DNA of 57,981 bases from a virus (IMGVR_UViG_3300020439_002263:1-57981), one strand, 5' to 3'. Positions 38,166 to 46,807 are shown, counted from the first letter of the stretch. Notes: a model not told the origin generated them from the sequence alone. A program made the numbers and translations.

Positions 38166-38182
38166 GTAAGGACGCACCCTAA
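38166..38182 (-). promoter_or_regulatory. Phage RNAP promoter upstream of the RNAP gene itself
   Basis: TTAGGGTGCGTCCTTAC, 1 mismatch to consensus, followed by ATGGGGGG. Confidence 0.75.
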
Positions 38183-38200
38183 CTGCTATTTTTGAAGGGA

Positions 38201-38220
38201 CATTCCCACTAGAGGGAATA
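38201..38220. promoter_or_regulatory. Palindromic operator copy upstream of RNAP
   Basis: cattcccactagagggaata. Confidence 0.7.
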
Positions 38221-38275
38221 ATTGGGTAAAAATAGATTAACCCTCAAGATTAATTAAGAGGTGTTAGATTATTCG

Positions 38276-38305
38276 GCTATATAATTATCTGTAAAATACT
38301 GTCAA
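38276..38305 (-). promoter_or_regulatory. Possible host sigma70 promoter for RNAP gene
   Basis: TTGACA at 38300-38305 with TATATA/TATAGC 16-18 bp downstream. Confidence 0.5.
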
Positions 38306-38394
38306 TGTGGAATGTTATCATATGTGTTAGTTTTAGGCTTTAGGTCTTAGCACAGAGTTTAACTAAGTCATTGAATCTCAAAGACGCCCAGCTC

Positions 38395-38440
38395 ATTTGT
38401 AATCAGTAGGTCCGCGGTTCGAGTCCGTGTGGGGGCACCA
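38395..38440 (+). tRNA. 3' half of tRNA-Thr(UGU) = prophage att junction (not a full tRNA)
   Basis: atttgtaatcagtaggtccgcggttcgagtccgtgtgggggcacca: anticodon loop, T-arm, acceptor strand and CCA; no D-arm or 5' acceptor strand upstream. Confidence 0.9.
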
Positions 38441-38444
38441 TCTA

Positions 38445-38490
38445 AAAAAACCTTTGGTACCAATGCGTTATCAGGTATCAAAGGTTTTTT
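38445..38490. terminator. Bidirectional terminator-like hairpin after the tRNA fragment
   Basis: aaaaaacctttggtacc...ggtatcaaaggtttttt. Confidence 0.65.
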
Positions 38491-38510
38491 ATTTGAGGTT
38501 TCCCCCCCTT

Positions 38511-38599
38511 GTGGTACAAAATCTCTGCTTTTCCAAGCTGTTGAAAACATTGGGAAACTTTTTTGAGCGTTTTTCAGCTTTGTACCAATTTTGTACCAA
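38511..38599. repeat. Integrase arm-type binding repeats
   Basis: tttgtaccaa at 38579 and 38590, inverted copy tggtacaaa at 38512. Confidence 0.55.
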
Positions 38600-39743
38600 G
38601 GAGGCCCTCCATAGCCTGATTCACGGCCTGTTTATAGGACCCATCGTCAGGGAACAAATTCCCGTATAGGTCGTAAGTCACATTAATGGTGCTGTGTCCC
38701 ATATATTGCATGATTTCCTTTGGATTGGCTCCTTGTTTGATCATTAACGAGGCATAGGCGTGCCTGAGGTGGCGGAAGAGGTATTTTTTATGAACTTTCT
38801 TTGTTGAGTGGTCTATCTTGGCCAATCCTTTGGAGAGAAGGTGAGATGTCCAGACGCGTTTGTCCCAATTGCTTCTGTCGAGAGGCGTTCCCGCTGTTGT
38901 CGGGAAAACCAGATCATGGATAGCTTGCGGACACTCTTTCTGCCACGCCCGCAATAACTCCAGGGCGGGGACTGGAATGGGGATATTCCTGCGAGAGTTT
39001 TTGGTTTTCGGTGGGCCTAACTTCTTGAAACGATCCATGCGCTGTCGGATCAGAAGTTCCTCATTGCTAAAATCAACGTGTTTCCAGGAAAGACCCATTG
39101 TTTCTGAGACGCGGGTGCCGCACATGGCGGCGAGAGTGATCATTGTATGGTCTCGTAAGCTCAGGTTCCCGCGATCTAGGATCTTTTTTAAGTCCTCCAT
39201 GCTAGGGATAACGACCTCTTCATCCTCAACCTCCTTGATGGTCCGAGGAAAGCGCAGGCGGATATCTTTGACGGGGTTGGTGGCTGCGTACTCTTCCTCG
39301 ACTGCGAAGGTCAGGAGAGCCCCGAAAACGACCTTCACTCTGTTTAAGAGTACGGGGGAATATTGGTTATGTTTTAAATGCTGAAAGAAACGTTTTAATT
39401 CCGGGGTAGTGAATGTATTGGGGTCCCGATGGGCGAATTCAGGGTAGATGTGGTTTCTGAGTATCCCCCCGTAGTCTTTATATGTGACTTCCTCCAACCC
39501 CCGGGCCTTACATTCCTCGATGTAAAGTTTCCCGATTTGCTCAAGGGATAAGTGTCCAGCACCAGGTAAGAATTCACGCCGTTCAACTTTAAGGGTAACC
39601 TCGTCACGGAACTTCTGGGCTTCTTTGCGAGTTCTGAAGAACTTGGATCTCCACTTTCCATTCAGATCTTTATAAGAAACGCGGTACCGAGTTTGTGAAG
39701 CCCCGCTTGGCAAGATTCTGGTTTGTTTGGATAAAGAGGCCAT
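38574..39743 (-). CDS. int: Tyrosine integrase of a second integrative element
   Basis: GTRVSETMGL, KTKNSRRNIP, FRHLRHAYAS, MGHSTINVTYDLY. Confidence 0.95.
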   Translation of the reverse strand: MASLSKQTRILPSGASQTRYRVSYKDLNGKWRSKFFRTRKEAQKFRDEVTLKVERREFLPGAGHLSLEQIGKLYIEECKARGLEEVTYKDYGGILRNHIYPEFAHRDPNTFTTPELKRFFQHLKHNQYSPVLLNRVKVVFGALLTFAVEEEYAATNPVKDIRLRFPRTIKEVEDEEVVIPSMEDLKKILDRGNLSLRDHTMITLAAMCGTRVSETMGLSWKHVDFSNEELLIRQRMDRFKKLGPPKTKNSRRNIPIPVPALELLRAWQKECPQAIHDLVFPTTAGTPLDRSNWDKRVWTSHLLSKGLAKIDHSTKKVHKKYLFRHLRHAYASLMIKQGANPKEIMQYMGHSTINVTYDLYGNLFPDDGSYKQAVNQAMEGLLGTKLVQS

Positions 39744-39799
39744 TTTAATGATTTTTTTTTGAAGTTTATGTTAGAAGAATTCTGAGAAAGTGACTGAAA

Positions 39800-40270
39800 T
39801 CACTTCAAACTCTCCCAAATTGGAAATTTCCCGGTCTTCAAGGCAGCTCTGTAATACTCCCTTGGGTAGAACGGATTCATGATATATAACTCTTCTAGGT
39901 TGTTTAAATGAAGAGGATATAAACCTTCAAGGTACTCTATGACGATCTCCAAAGAAGGTTTAGGAAACTTTGTGCGGAGATGATGAATTGGATTTATGCA
40001 ACCATTGGTATAACATCTCCTGTAAAGGCGTTGACGTGAATACAGCTTGTCACCGTAGTGCTGGTGTAAAAGTCGAGGGATACTCTGGTAAGCTTTTCCG
40101 CCAGCGTTCAGGCGGGGATGACCATTCCAAAAAGGACCAGACCAGACCCAACAACGCTTCCTGTCCATGAGTGGCCATTCGGTGGGATGGGTGCCTAAAA
40201 GACGGTCCAAGTCCAAGTCTTTTGGCAAGTTCTTCTTCAAAGCGAGAAGGATTTTCTCATCCATAATCAT
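39800..40270 (-). CDS. HNH-endonuclease-like protein, possibly inactive
   Basis: CWVWSG...C...GCINPIHH resembles phage HNH (CW.W.G...HTCDN..CVNP.HL); expected first His replaced. Confidence 0.55.
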   Translation of the reverse strand: MIMDEKILLALKKNLPKDLDLDRLLGTHPTEWPLMDRKRCWVWSGPFWNGHPRLNAGGKAYQSIPRLLHQHYGDKLYSRQRLYRRCYTNGCINPIHHLRTKFPKPSLEIVIEYLEGLYPLHLNNLEELYIMNPFYPREYYRAALKTGKFPIWESLK

Positions 40271-40966
40271 GCTCCTTTATAAAAAGAGGGTGGTTTTACC
40301 GGTATTTTTAAGGGCCCAGGACCGGGAGGGGGAAGGGGTGAATCTTGCGTATTTAGGATATTCGCAAATAAAACTTTTAAGTGTGTATTTATGTAGTTTT
40401 TCACTCATAGATTCTACAGTACACAAAAATACTGTAAAATAGGGGGGTCTGCGAGAGACCTATTGTACATATATTCTTGTGTACAATAGGGTGTGCTGGA
40501 ATCCGATATTATGGAAAATTTTGGGAAATTGGTTTAGAAGTTCCTAATTAAGCGATTTCTAATATACCGCAGAAATCCTCGATTTTTTTATATTAGAAAA
40601 TTCTAATACGCGTATAAAGCCTTATATATCTATCTATCTTTTCTATATTATTTATTTATTTATAATTATTTAAATTACCTTATAAATAAATAAAGGAAAT
40701 AAGGGTTTATACTAGGAAAGAAAAAAACCAGTTTTACCCCCCCGGTCTCGGAGCCCCCCCAATTCTGGTCAAACCCCACCCCCCGGTCTCGAAGCAATAT
40801 ACGCCTCTGGTTTTGGGGCCCCAATTCTGGATCTTCACCTCACCTCTGCCCCTAATATGCCTCTTAATCGGCCTAGAACACCCCTACAATTAACGAAACC
40901 ACCTCTCAGAGGGTTAAGGTAGCGGACAGGACCCTTTCGTTAATTCTGGGCCATCTGTGGGCTTTA

Positions 40967-41191
40967 TTAGTTTTTTCTAATATAATCCCCCTCGATTGAC
41001 ACCTGACCGTCGCAGGAAGCACAAAAACCGTTCTTGAGAAACACGTCCTGAACTTCCCACCTCTGCCGTTCGGGGTCCCACTCAGCGTAAGCATCCGCCA
41101 GGACATCCTCTCCATTCCTTTCAGTCATTGGGTGGGGAAGAGGAAAACCATGACAAAAACCCCTCCCCCACCCCGGCCTAGGCTTGGACAA
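40967..41191 (-). CDS. Small hypothetical protein with CxxC
   Basis: DVLADAYAEWD...WEV...FCASCDG; overlaps upstream gene; may be degraded. Confidence 0.5.
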   Translation of the reverse strand: MSKPRPGWGRGFCHGFPLPHPMTERNGEDVLADAYAEWDPERQRWEVQDVFLKNGFCASCDGQVSIEGDYIRKN

Positions 41192-41630
41192 AGCCTAGGT
41201 GCTTGAACCTATTGGTTTTTGTTACGGTTCCGTCGGGGTTTTTCACTTCGACGCTTTCCCGCCTTGAGAAGGCGTAAAGGGGCTTGATTCCCCTCAGTTT
41301 CAGGGCCTTTTCAAGGTGGGGCATCAGGTAGGGTGCTCCCCCGATCATGGCATAGGCACAGCCCTGTCCCGCGGCTATAGCCGCGAGCTCTCGGGCCCGA
41401 TCCTTCAATTCCCTCTTTGAGGGAATAGCCGTAAACGTGAGCAGATTAACAACCTGCTTCCCCAACCCGGTCCCCAACCCGCTTCCGGACCCCACCGGGT
41501 CATAGATTTCGATCACGGGAATTTCCCCGTTCCGTTGGTCATCCGTCACCTGATGCTGGGTCAGGTTCAGGACGGCGTTCTGGCGGGTTGCAATACGCAA
41601 CCCTTTGAAATCAATGAACTTTTTCAACAC
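41178..41630 (-). CDS. Csx20-like minimal Rossmann/CARF protein (candidate ring nuclease)
   Basis: LNLTQH..T.DQ, AMIGGAP, GIKPLYAFSRRESVE..NPDG.V.K...FKH.GF resembles Csx20 as recalled; TTG start after GGAG. Confidence 0.55.
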   Translation of the reverse strand: MLKKFIDFKGLRIATRQNAVLNLTQHQVTDDQRNGEIPVIEIYDPVGSGSGLGTGLGKQVVNLLTFTAIPSKRELKDRARELAAIAAGQGCAYAMIGGAPYLMPHLEKALKLRGIKPLYAFSRRESVEVKNPDGTVTKTNRFKHLGFVQA

Positions 41631-41645
41631 TATTCTTCTCCATTA

Positions 41646-41729
41646 TTAGGCGAGTACATACCAGTAAACAATCACCCAGGCCAGATAGATCCACCCCGCC
41701 CAGGTCAGTCTCCACAGCCACTTATCCAT
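41646..41729 (-). CDS. 27-aa Trp-rich membrane peptide
   Basis: MDKWLWRLTWAGWIYLAWVIVYWYVLA; overlaps upstream stop. Confidence 0.4.
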   Translation of the reverse strand: MDKWLWRLTWAGWIYLAWVIVYWYVLA

Positions 41730-42042
41730 GGACCTTTGCCCCCCATTTTTCGGCCAGATCCAGGACCTGTTTTCGGTCCGCCCTGCTGAATTTCTGGTAC
41801 TCAACGGTTCCGTCCCGGTGGCGAATGATTACATCTCGCCCCAATTTGTCGGCGAGCGTAATTCCCCTCACAGGACCGTCAAGGGGTCTGGGTCCAACCC
41901 AATCTTCAGGGTGAACCATACAACCCAAAGTAGAACAGTAAATTCTTTCGCTGGACCCGGATCTGGCCCTGGGCCGTTTCGGGGTCAATTCAACCGAAAG
42001 TTGCTCGAATATTTCATCGGCCCATTTCTCCACCGTTTCCAT
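41722..42042 (-). CDS. Hypothetical protein (start probably METVEKW)
   Basis: Co-oriented with element genes; start uncertain. Confidence 0.5.
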   Translation of the reverse strand: METVEKWADEIFEQLSVELTPKRPRARSGSSERIYCSTLGCMVHPEDWVGPRPLDGPVRGITLADKLGRDVIIRHRDGTVEYQKFSRADRKQVLDLAEKWGAKVHG

Positions 42043-42663
42043 GCGAGAAACAAGCTTCTTGTCTCCAAACACATCAAATGTGCTGGAGTTATGGTTATGT
42101 TTCAGATCTACTTTGCCGGGCCAGGTCTGGTTCAGGATCAAGGGATTTGGCGCCGGTATGGTCAAGCTGAATCCCGCAGAGGTTGCGCCAGAAGACTGTG
42201 GAGAGATCGGCCGGCAGGCCTTTGGACTGGCGGTTTGTGGCCATTCACTTTGCAAACATTTGGGTCAAACGCCCGGCCCGATACCCCACCACATCGCGCG
42301 GCACCGTCTTCCGCTACGCTCCATACGGCTCATGAGAGAACATCACGAGATTGCGACTGGACCTAAAATCGGGGGGATCAAGCAACACATCCATTCGCCA
42401 ACCTTCGCACTGAGCCGGGCCGCCCCATAACACCCCATAACAATGGACCAGGCAGTAACGATGACGATGATCCCAGCCTAGTCTTCTGCCTCTGAAATTC
42501 GTATCATATTTGTATCAGACTATTTGAATTTCAGAGTCAACAAGAAGACTGGTTAATTATCTGACTCTAGTGTGATTTTTAGTGTGATTTTTAAATTTGA
42601 AGTTCCTAAGTCGTATGACATAGTCAATGACAGGAACTTCAAATTCACCACACTAGGTCCAGC

Positions 42664-43977
42664 CTAGGTGATGATCGCTTCCAGCTGGCGCAGGCGGCGG
42701 TGGTAGCCGCCGATGATCGACTCGGTGAGGCCATGTGGGAAACCGCTCGGCAGCGCGGCCAGCGTTTTGTCGATAGCTTTGTCGCTGCGATCCAGCAGCT
42801 CTGCGAACAGCTCCTGGACGATGTTTTTGCCCATGCCGCAAGCTTCGGCCGTTTCCAGAAAGTGCCGGGGAGCAATTCTATGCACGAGGTAATGCCGACT
42901 TTTACCGATGGCCATTGCCATTTTCATCTGACGTTGCTGCAGCTGCTTCGCGTCATAGAGTGGCTGGACCGACATGACATCGTAAAACGGCGTTAGAGAA
43001 AACCGGCTGCGTGGGTACAGGAACAGGCTGAAATTCTTGGCGTGACCGTCGGTCGCGGCGAGCAACCAGAACACAATCGCGGCCTTCATGATCCGCCGCT
43101 GATCCTCAAGGGGCGTATCGCTGCTGGTGAACAGGCCAATCAGCCCAGCCAGGCCCGGGCCACCATCGCTTTCATATTTCCGGGCCGGCGGAACCGACAA
43201 CGCCTGGCAGCAATCTTCCTGCGGCAGGCGCAGCAGCCGTTTATCCGTGGTCCAGAGCCGGTCGAACCGCTTGACGACGAGCACTTTCCTGTTGCCAAAG
43301 CGCGTGATTGCAGTTTCGGCAGCCGGCAGGCCGAGCGCATTCATCAGCGTCATGCACAGATGCTCGTTCTCGACCGAGAGTGAAAGGTCGATGCCGTCCG
43401 GCCGCTTGCCGATCTCCGGTTTGAAGATGTGGGTGGTCGCCGTTGTGCCGTGCGGGATATGCCACTGGTCCTTCCAATGCAGCAGGGCGGTTTTTTCCTG
43501 CGCGCCCGCCAATGAAATCCGGAATTCTTCATCCGCGCCAATGCCGAGCGGACTGTTGCCAAGGTCTCCTAGCAGCGCGGCGATCTCATCGTCACTCACG
43601 GGCCTTGCGTCGATCCCGCCGGGCGGTCCCGGGGCAATGTCTTCGGGCAAGAACTGCAGGGCGCCGACGCAGTCGCGGCCGATTGCGCTCAGCAGGTTGA
43701 AGGCATCGGTGCCATCGGCCCGGGCGCGTTCGGCAAGCTTGCGGCGGATATCGGGATTATCCGGGAGCAGATTATCGAACACCGCGATCACCGGCGCGCC
43801 GATATAGCGATCCTCGCGCAGCGGCAGCGAGAGGGAGATCGGGAAAGTATCCTCCCAGGACAGCCAGCTGTCATCATACTGGAAATCGACGGCGCCGCTC
43901 GCGGCCTTGCGCAGCTGGCCGACCAACCGGCTGTTCAGATAAACCGCAAGCGGGGCATGTCTTTTGCGGCGGGCCAT
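42664..43977 (-). CDS. hipA: HipA kinase toxin (start moved to ATG 43977)
   Basis: FDNLLPD, IGRDCVGA, ISLAGAQEK, TTHIFKP, QEDCCQAL, DGHAKNFS, PFYDVMS. Confidence 0.95.
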   Translation of the reverse strand: MARRKRHAPLAVYLNSRLVGQLRKAASGAVDFQYDDSWLSWEDTFPISLSLPLREDRYIGAPVIAVFDNLLPDNPDIRRKLAERARADGTDAFNLLSAIGRDCVGALQFLPEDIAPGPPGGIDARPVSDDEIAALLGDLGNSPLGIGADEEFRISLAGAQEKTALLHWKDQWHIPHGTTATTHIFKPEIGKRPDGIDLSLSVENEHLCMTLMNALGLPAAETAITRFGNRKVLVVKRFDRLWTTDKRLLRLPQEDCCQALSVPPARKYESDGGPGLAGLIGLFTSSDTPLEDQRRIMKAAIVFWLLAATDGHAKNFSLFLYPRSRFSLTPFYDVMSVQPLYDAKQLQQRQMKMAMAIGKSRHYLVHRIAPRHFLETAEACGMGKNIVQELFAELLDRSDKAIDKTLAALPSGFPHGLTESIIGGYHRRLRQLEAIIT

Positions 43978-44231
43978 CAGAACAGCCCCTCGATATCCTC
44001 GGGCTTGGCCTGGCTGCGCGGCCGGACGACAAGCTCCAGATCGAGCGCGGCCAGGGCGGCAATGACCGTGGCAAGCTGCGTGGCCGGGGCGCCGTCCTCC
44101 AGCTTGGAAATGGTCGCCTGGCGCAGATGGATTTTTTCGCCGAGCTGGGATTGCGTCAGGCCCCGTTGCTTGCGGACCCGGCGCAGGATGGCGCCCAGCT
44201 GCTTTTCTGATCTGGCAATCTGTTCGGTCAT
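43977..44231 (-). CDS. hipB: HipB antitoxin (XRE HTH)
   Basis: RKQRGLTQSQLGEK..LRQATISKLE; TGATG overlap with hipA. Confidence 0.92.
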   Translation of the reverse strand: MTEQIARSEKQLGAILRRVRKQRGLTQSQLGEKIHLRQATISKLEDGAPATQLATVIAALAALDLELVVRPRSQAKPEDIEGLF

Positions 44232-44251
44232 GATCCTGTCCTTTTATAGCC

Positions 44252-44325
44252 AATATACGCAAATGCGTATAAAATGTCAATATACGCGAAAGCGTATAAG
44301 TTATTTTTATGCGCGAACGCGTATA
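44252..44325 (-). promoter_or_regulatory. hipBA promoter with three palindromic operators
   Basis: TATACGC-N4-GCGTATA at 44254, 44281 and (1 mismatch) 44308, 27-bp period; TTGACA-17-TATATT. Confidence 0.85.
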
Positions 44326-44499
44326 AATGGTGTTCTATAAATGATGTTCTGGGTAAAGGAGGCAAGAACGGGTGATGAGAGATGCCCGCGTCGATGCCTG
44401 ATGACAACGAGGATAGCTGCCGAGCGACCCGGGTGCTGTTGGATGGCATCAAAGCGCTGAGTCAGGCGCTGAGTTTCCAGAAGGTGACGAGGCGTCCCA

Positions 44500-44945
44500 G
44501 GAGCAGCTGGCGGCCAAGTACGCAGAGCCCGGGATGTTCCACTGAGAGATCCTGTACATCTCCCGCGACCAGTTTGCCACCCTGCAGGCGGAGCTCTGGG
44601 AACTGACCCAGGCTTTCCTCGACGCCAGACGGCGGGGTGTTTTCTACCAGAACACCGCGTTCTGTTTCCACTACCGGCGCCCCTGCGCCTGCTTCCCGCT
44701 CGACCGTTCCGGCGGAAGCACCAACGTCATCGAGAACCTGTACCGGAAAGTCCCCCCGCGTGAAGAGCTGCAGGCCGGGGTCTCGTGCGAAGAAGCCCTG
44801 GCTTTCTGAGGATACGAAGAAGGAGGAACAAAAATGCTGCCCAAGAAGAAAACCCCGCTCAAGTAGGACTTGGCCGGTCTCACGGTGCTGGTCTACGGCC
44901 CGAGCAAGATCGGCTAGTCGACCTGGTGTTCGCAGGCCGACGGCC
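44500..44945 (+). pseudogene. Phage recombination-module relics (PD-(D/E)XK exonuclease C-terminus; AAA_24/Sak4-like N-terminus)
   Basis: ...ELWELTQAFLDARRRGVFYQNTAFCFHYRRPC... then MLPKKKTPLK*DLAGLTVLVYGPSKIG*STWCSQAD with in-frame stops. Confidence 0.6.
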
Positions 44946-45175
44946 GCGCCCAAGGCGGGTGCCTCGCAGACGAGTGTGGAGGGCTCGCCGACTTACCGCA
45001 AAGCAGTCTCCAATCCCGCGCTCCTCGTAACTCCTTGATAATAAACGCCGAAGTCATCTCGCACAAGCATTTCCCGCCAAGCCGACCAGAGAAACGATTT
45101 TCTCCCTAGATTTCCCACCACCGGACGAGGGTGACGGGTTTGCAGTAAAACGTAAGCGATCCATAACCCCCCCCG

Positions 45176-46783
45176 TCAGGTGGCGGGGCTCATATTCCAG
45201 GGCAGCAGTGCATCCAGGGCTTCGTCACAATCTGCCTGAGGCAGCCTTGCAAAGAGCCGGCTCAGGTAGGCATAAGGCTCATGGCCATTGGCCTTGGCGG
45301 TTTCAATCAGCGAGTAAAGTCGCGCACTGGCTTCGGCACCCCTGACCGTATCCGCAAACAGCCAGTTCTTCCTGCCCACCACGAATGGCCGGATACCGTT
45401 TTCAGCACCATTGTTGTCTATTGGCAGGTGGCCGTTGCGCAAGTAAGTGGTGAGCGTCTTCCAGTGCTTCAGGGTGTAACCAATGGCTTCGCCGAATTTG
45501 CTCTTCGGGGTGACCTGTATGGATTTCTTTTCCAGATGCGCCCGCAACTGTTCCAGCACCGGGCCCGCCTGACGCTTGCGCTCGGCCTGTCTTTTTCCGG
45601 GTGAGGCACCCGCCAGCTTTTTTTCGATGGCGTAGAGCTTGCGGATCCGGTTGAGAATGGCAGTGATGGCCGGTGACTTCCGCCCTTTGGGCAAGGCCTT
45701 TTCCGCTTCCACAAACTTGCGCCGCGCGTGTGCCCAGCAGGTGGCATGCTGCAGATTGTATTTTTCAACAGCCGCCGGATAGCCGGCATAGCCGTCCGTC
45801 ATCAGCGCACCGTGATAACCTGACAGCAGATCCACGGCGACCTCTCCGGCACGTGTCGGGCTGTAGTGGTAAAGGGTGATGTCCCGGCCCCGGGGGCAGG
45901 TCTCATCCGGCGGCGACAGGCCGCGCCGGATCCACATGTACGAGGTGCTGCTGGCTTTTCTGCCCGGCTCCCGGTTGACCTGCACGCGGGTTTCGTCCAT
46001 CAGGATCACCGGCACACGACGTATGGCGGTCTCCATGCGGGCCATGAGGGGAATCAGGGCCTGACTGCACTGTATCACCCAGCGTGCCAGGGTGTTGCGC
46101 GGCAGCTCAACACCCTGACGCGCAAAGATCCGGCTCTGCCGGTACAGGGGCAGCGAATCCTGATATTTGGCGACAATCACTGCCGCCAGCAGGCGATTGC
46201 CGGCGTTGCTGCCGGGAATCATTGAAGCAGGTTTCCGGGCAACCTGCACACCCGCCTCGCATTGCGGGCAGGCATACTTGTGACGGACGTGCCGCTCCAC
46301 GTACAGGCGGGCCGGGATGTACTCCAGACGCTCGCTGACATCTTTGCCGGTGCGCTGCTTGCGACACCCGCAGTCACAGACCTTGTCGGCTTCGTCAATG
46401 TCATGCTCGATCACTTCACGCGGCAGGCTTTCCGGCAGTTTCCTGCGGCCGGATGTACGGCGCGCACGGCCCCTGACTTCTGTGGGTTCAGAGGATTCAG
46501 AAGCGCTGTCCGGTTCTGCTGCCACCCGTTCTTCAGCTTCATTGAACAGGTCAGCCTGGGGATCGTCCTCTGTGCGGCGCTCACTGCGACGGCCGTACTG
46601 CTGAGCAAGGGTCAGGCGCAGCTGCTCTTCCAGATAGTGAATCCGTTGTGCCTGACGTCGGGCTTTCTGCTCCAGAGAGACAGCTTTCTGCTCACGCTCA
46701 ACCAGCGCCTGCTGCTGCTTTTTCAGCAGGGCAATCAGTTCTTTTTTGCCAAGAGATTCAACAGGTTGAGCGTATTCATTCAT
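45176..46783 (-). CDS. tnpC: IS66 transposase TnpC
   Basis: LPLYRQ, MDETRV, TDGYAGY, CWAHARRKF, DNNGAENGIR, RKNWLF. Confidence 0.96.
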   Translation of the reverse strand: MNEYAQPVESLGKKELIALLKKQQQALVEREQKAVSLEQKARRQAQRIHYLEEQLRLTLAQQYGRRSERRTEDDPQADLFNEAEERVAAEPDSASESSEPTEVRGRARRTSGRRKLPESLPREVIEHDIDEADKVCDCGCRKQRTGKDVSERLEYIPARLYVERHVRHKYACPQCEAGVQVARKPASMIPGSNAGNRLLAAVIVAKYQDSLPLYRQSRIFARQGVELPRNTLARWVIQCSQALIPLMARMETAIRRVPVILMDETRVQVNREPGRKASSTSYMWIRRGLSPPDETCPRGRDITLYHYSPTRAGEVAVDLLSGYHGALMTDGYAGYPAAVEKYNLQHATCWAHARRKFVEAEKALPKGRKSPAITAILNRIRKLYAIEKKLAGASPGKRQAERKRQAGPVLEQLRAHLEKKSIQVTPKSKFGEAIGYTLKHWKTLTTYLRNGHLPIDNNGAENGIRPFVVGRKNWLFADTVRGAEASARLYSLIETAKANGHEPYAYLSRLFARLPQADCDEALDALLPWNMSPAT

Positions 46784-46807
46784 GGCTCCATGATACCATA
46801 TCCGGGA

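Larger units (their letters stand above)
1..38440 (-). mobile_element. T7-like (Autographiviridae) temperate prophage integrated at tRNA-Thr(UGU); left att lies outside the window
   Basis: Full T7-order gene set (RNAP, SSB, amidase, primase-helicase, polA, exonuclease, portal, scaffold, capsid, gp11-17, terminase) on one strand, plus integrase and MarR-like gene; bounded by a tRNA 3' half at 38395-38440. Confidence 0.95.

Noticed and set aside
38114-38177. RNAP start at 38177
   Set aside because: That codon lies inside the phage promoter motif; the RBS supports ATG 38114
38365-38440. Complete tRNA-Thr gene
   Set aside because: No 5' acceptor strand or D-arm, and the anticodon stem is mismatched (ctcat vs atcag); only the 3' half is present
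38368-38669. ORFs of 60 aa and 80 aa over the att region
   Set aside because: Translations of the tRNA and terminator sequence (GAPTRTRTADLLITN is a typical tRNA antisense artefact)
43978-44280. 538-aa extended HipA in the ORF track
   Set aside because: The extension overlaps hipB and its promoter in another frame; the real start is 43977
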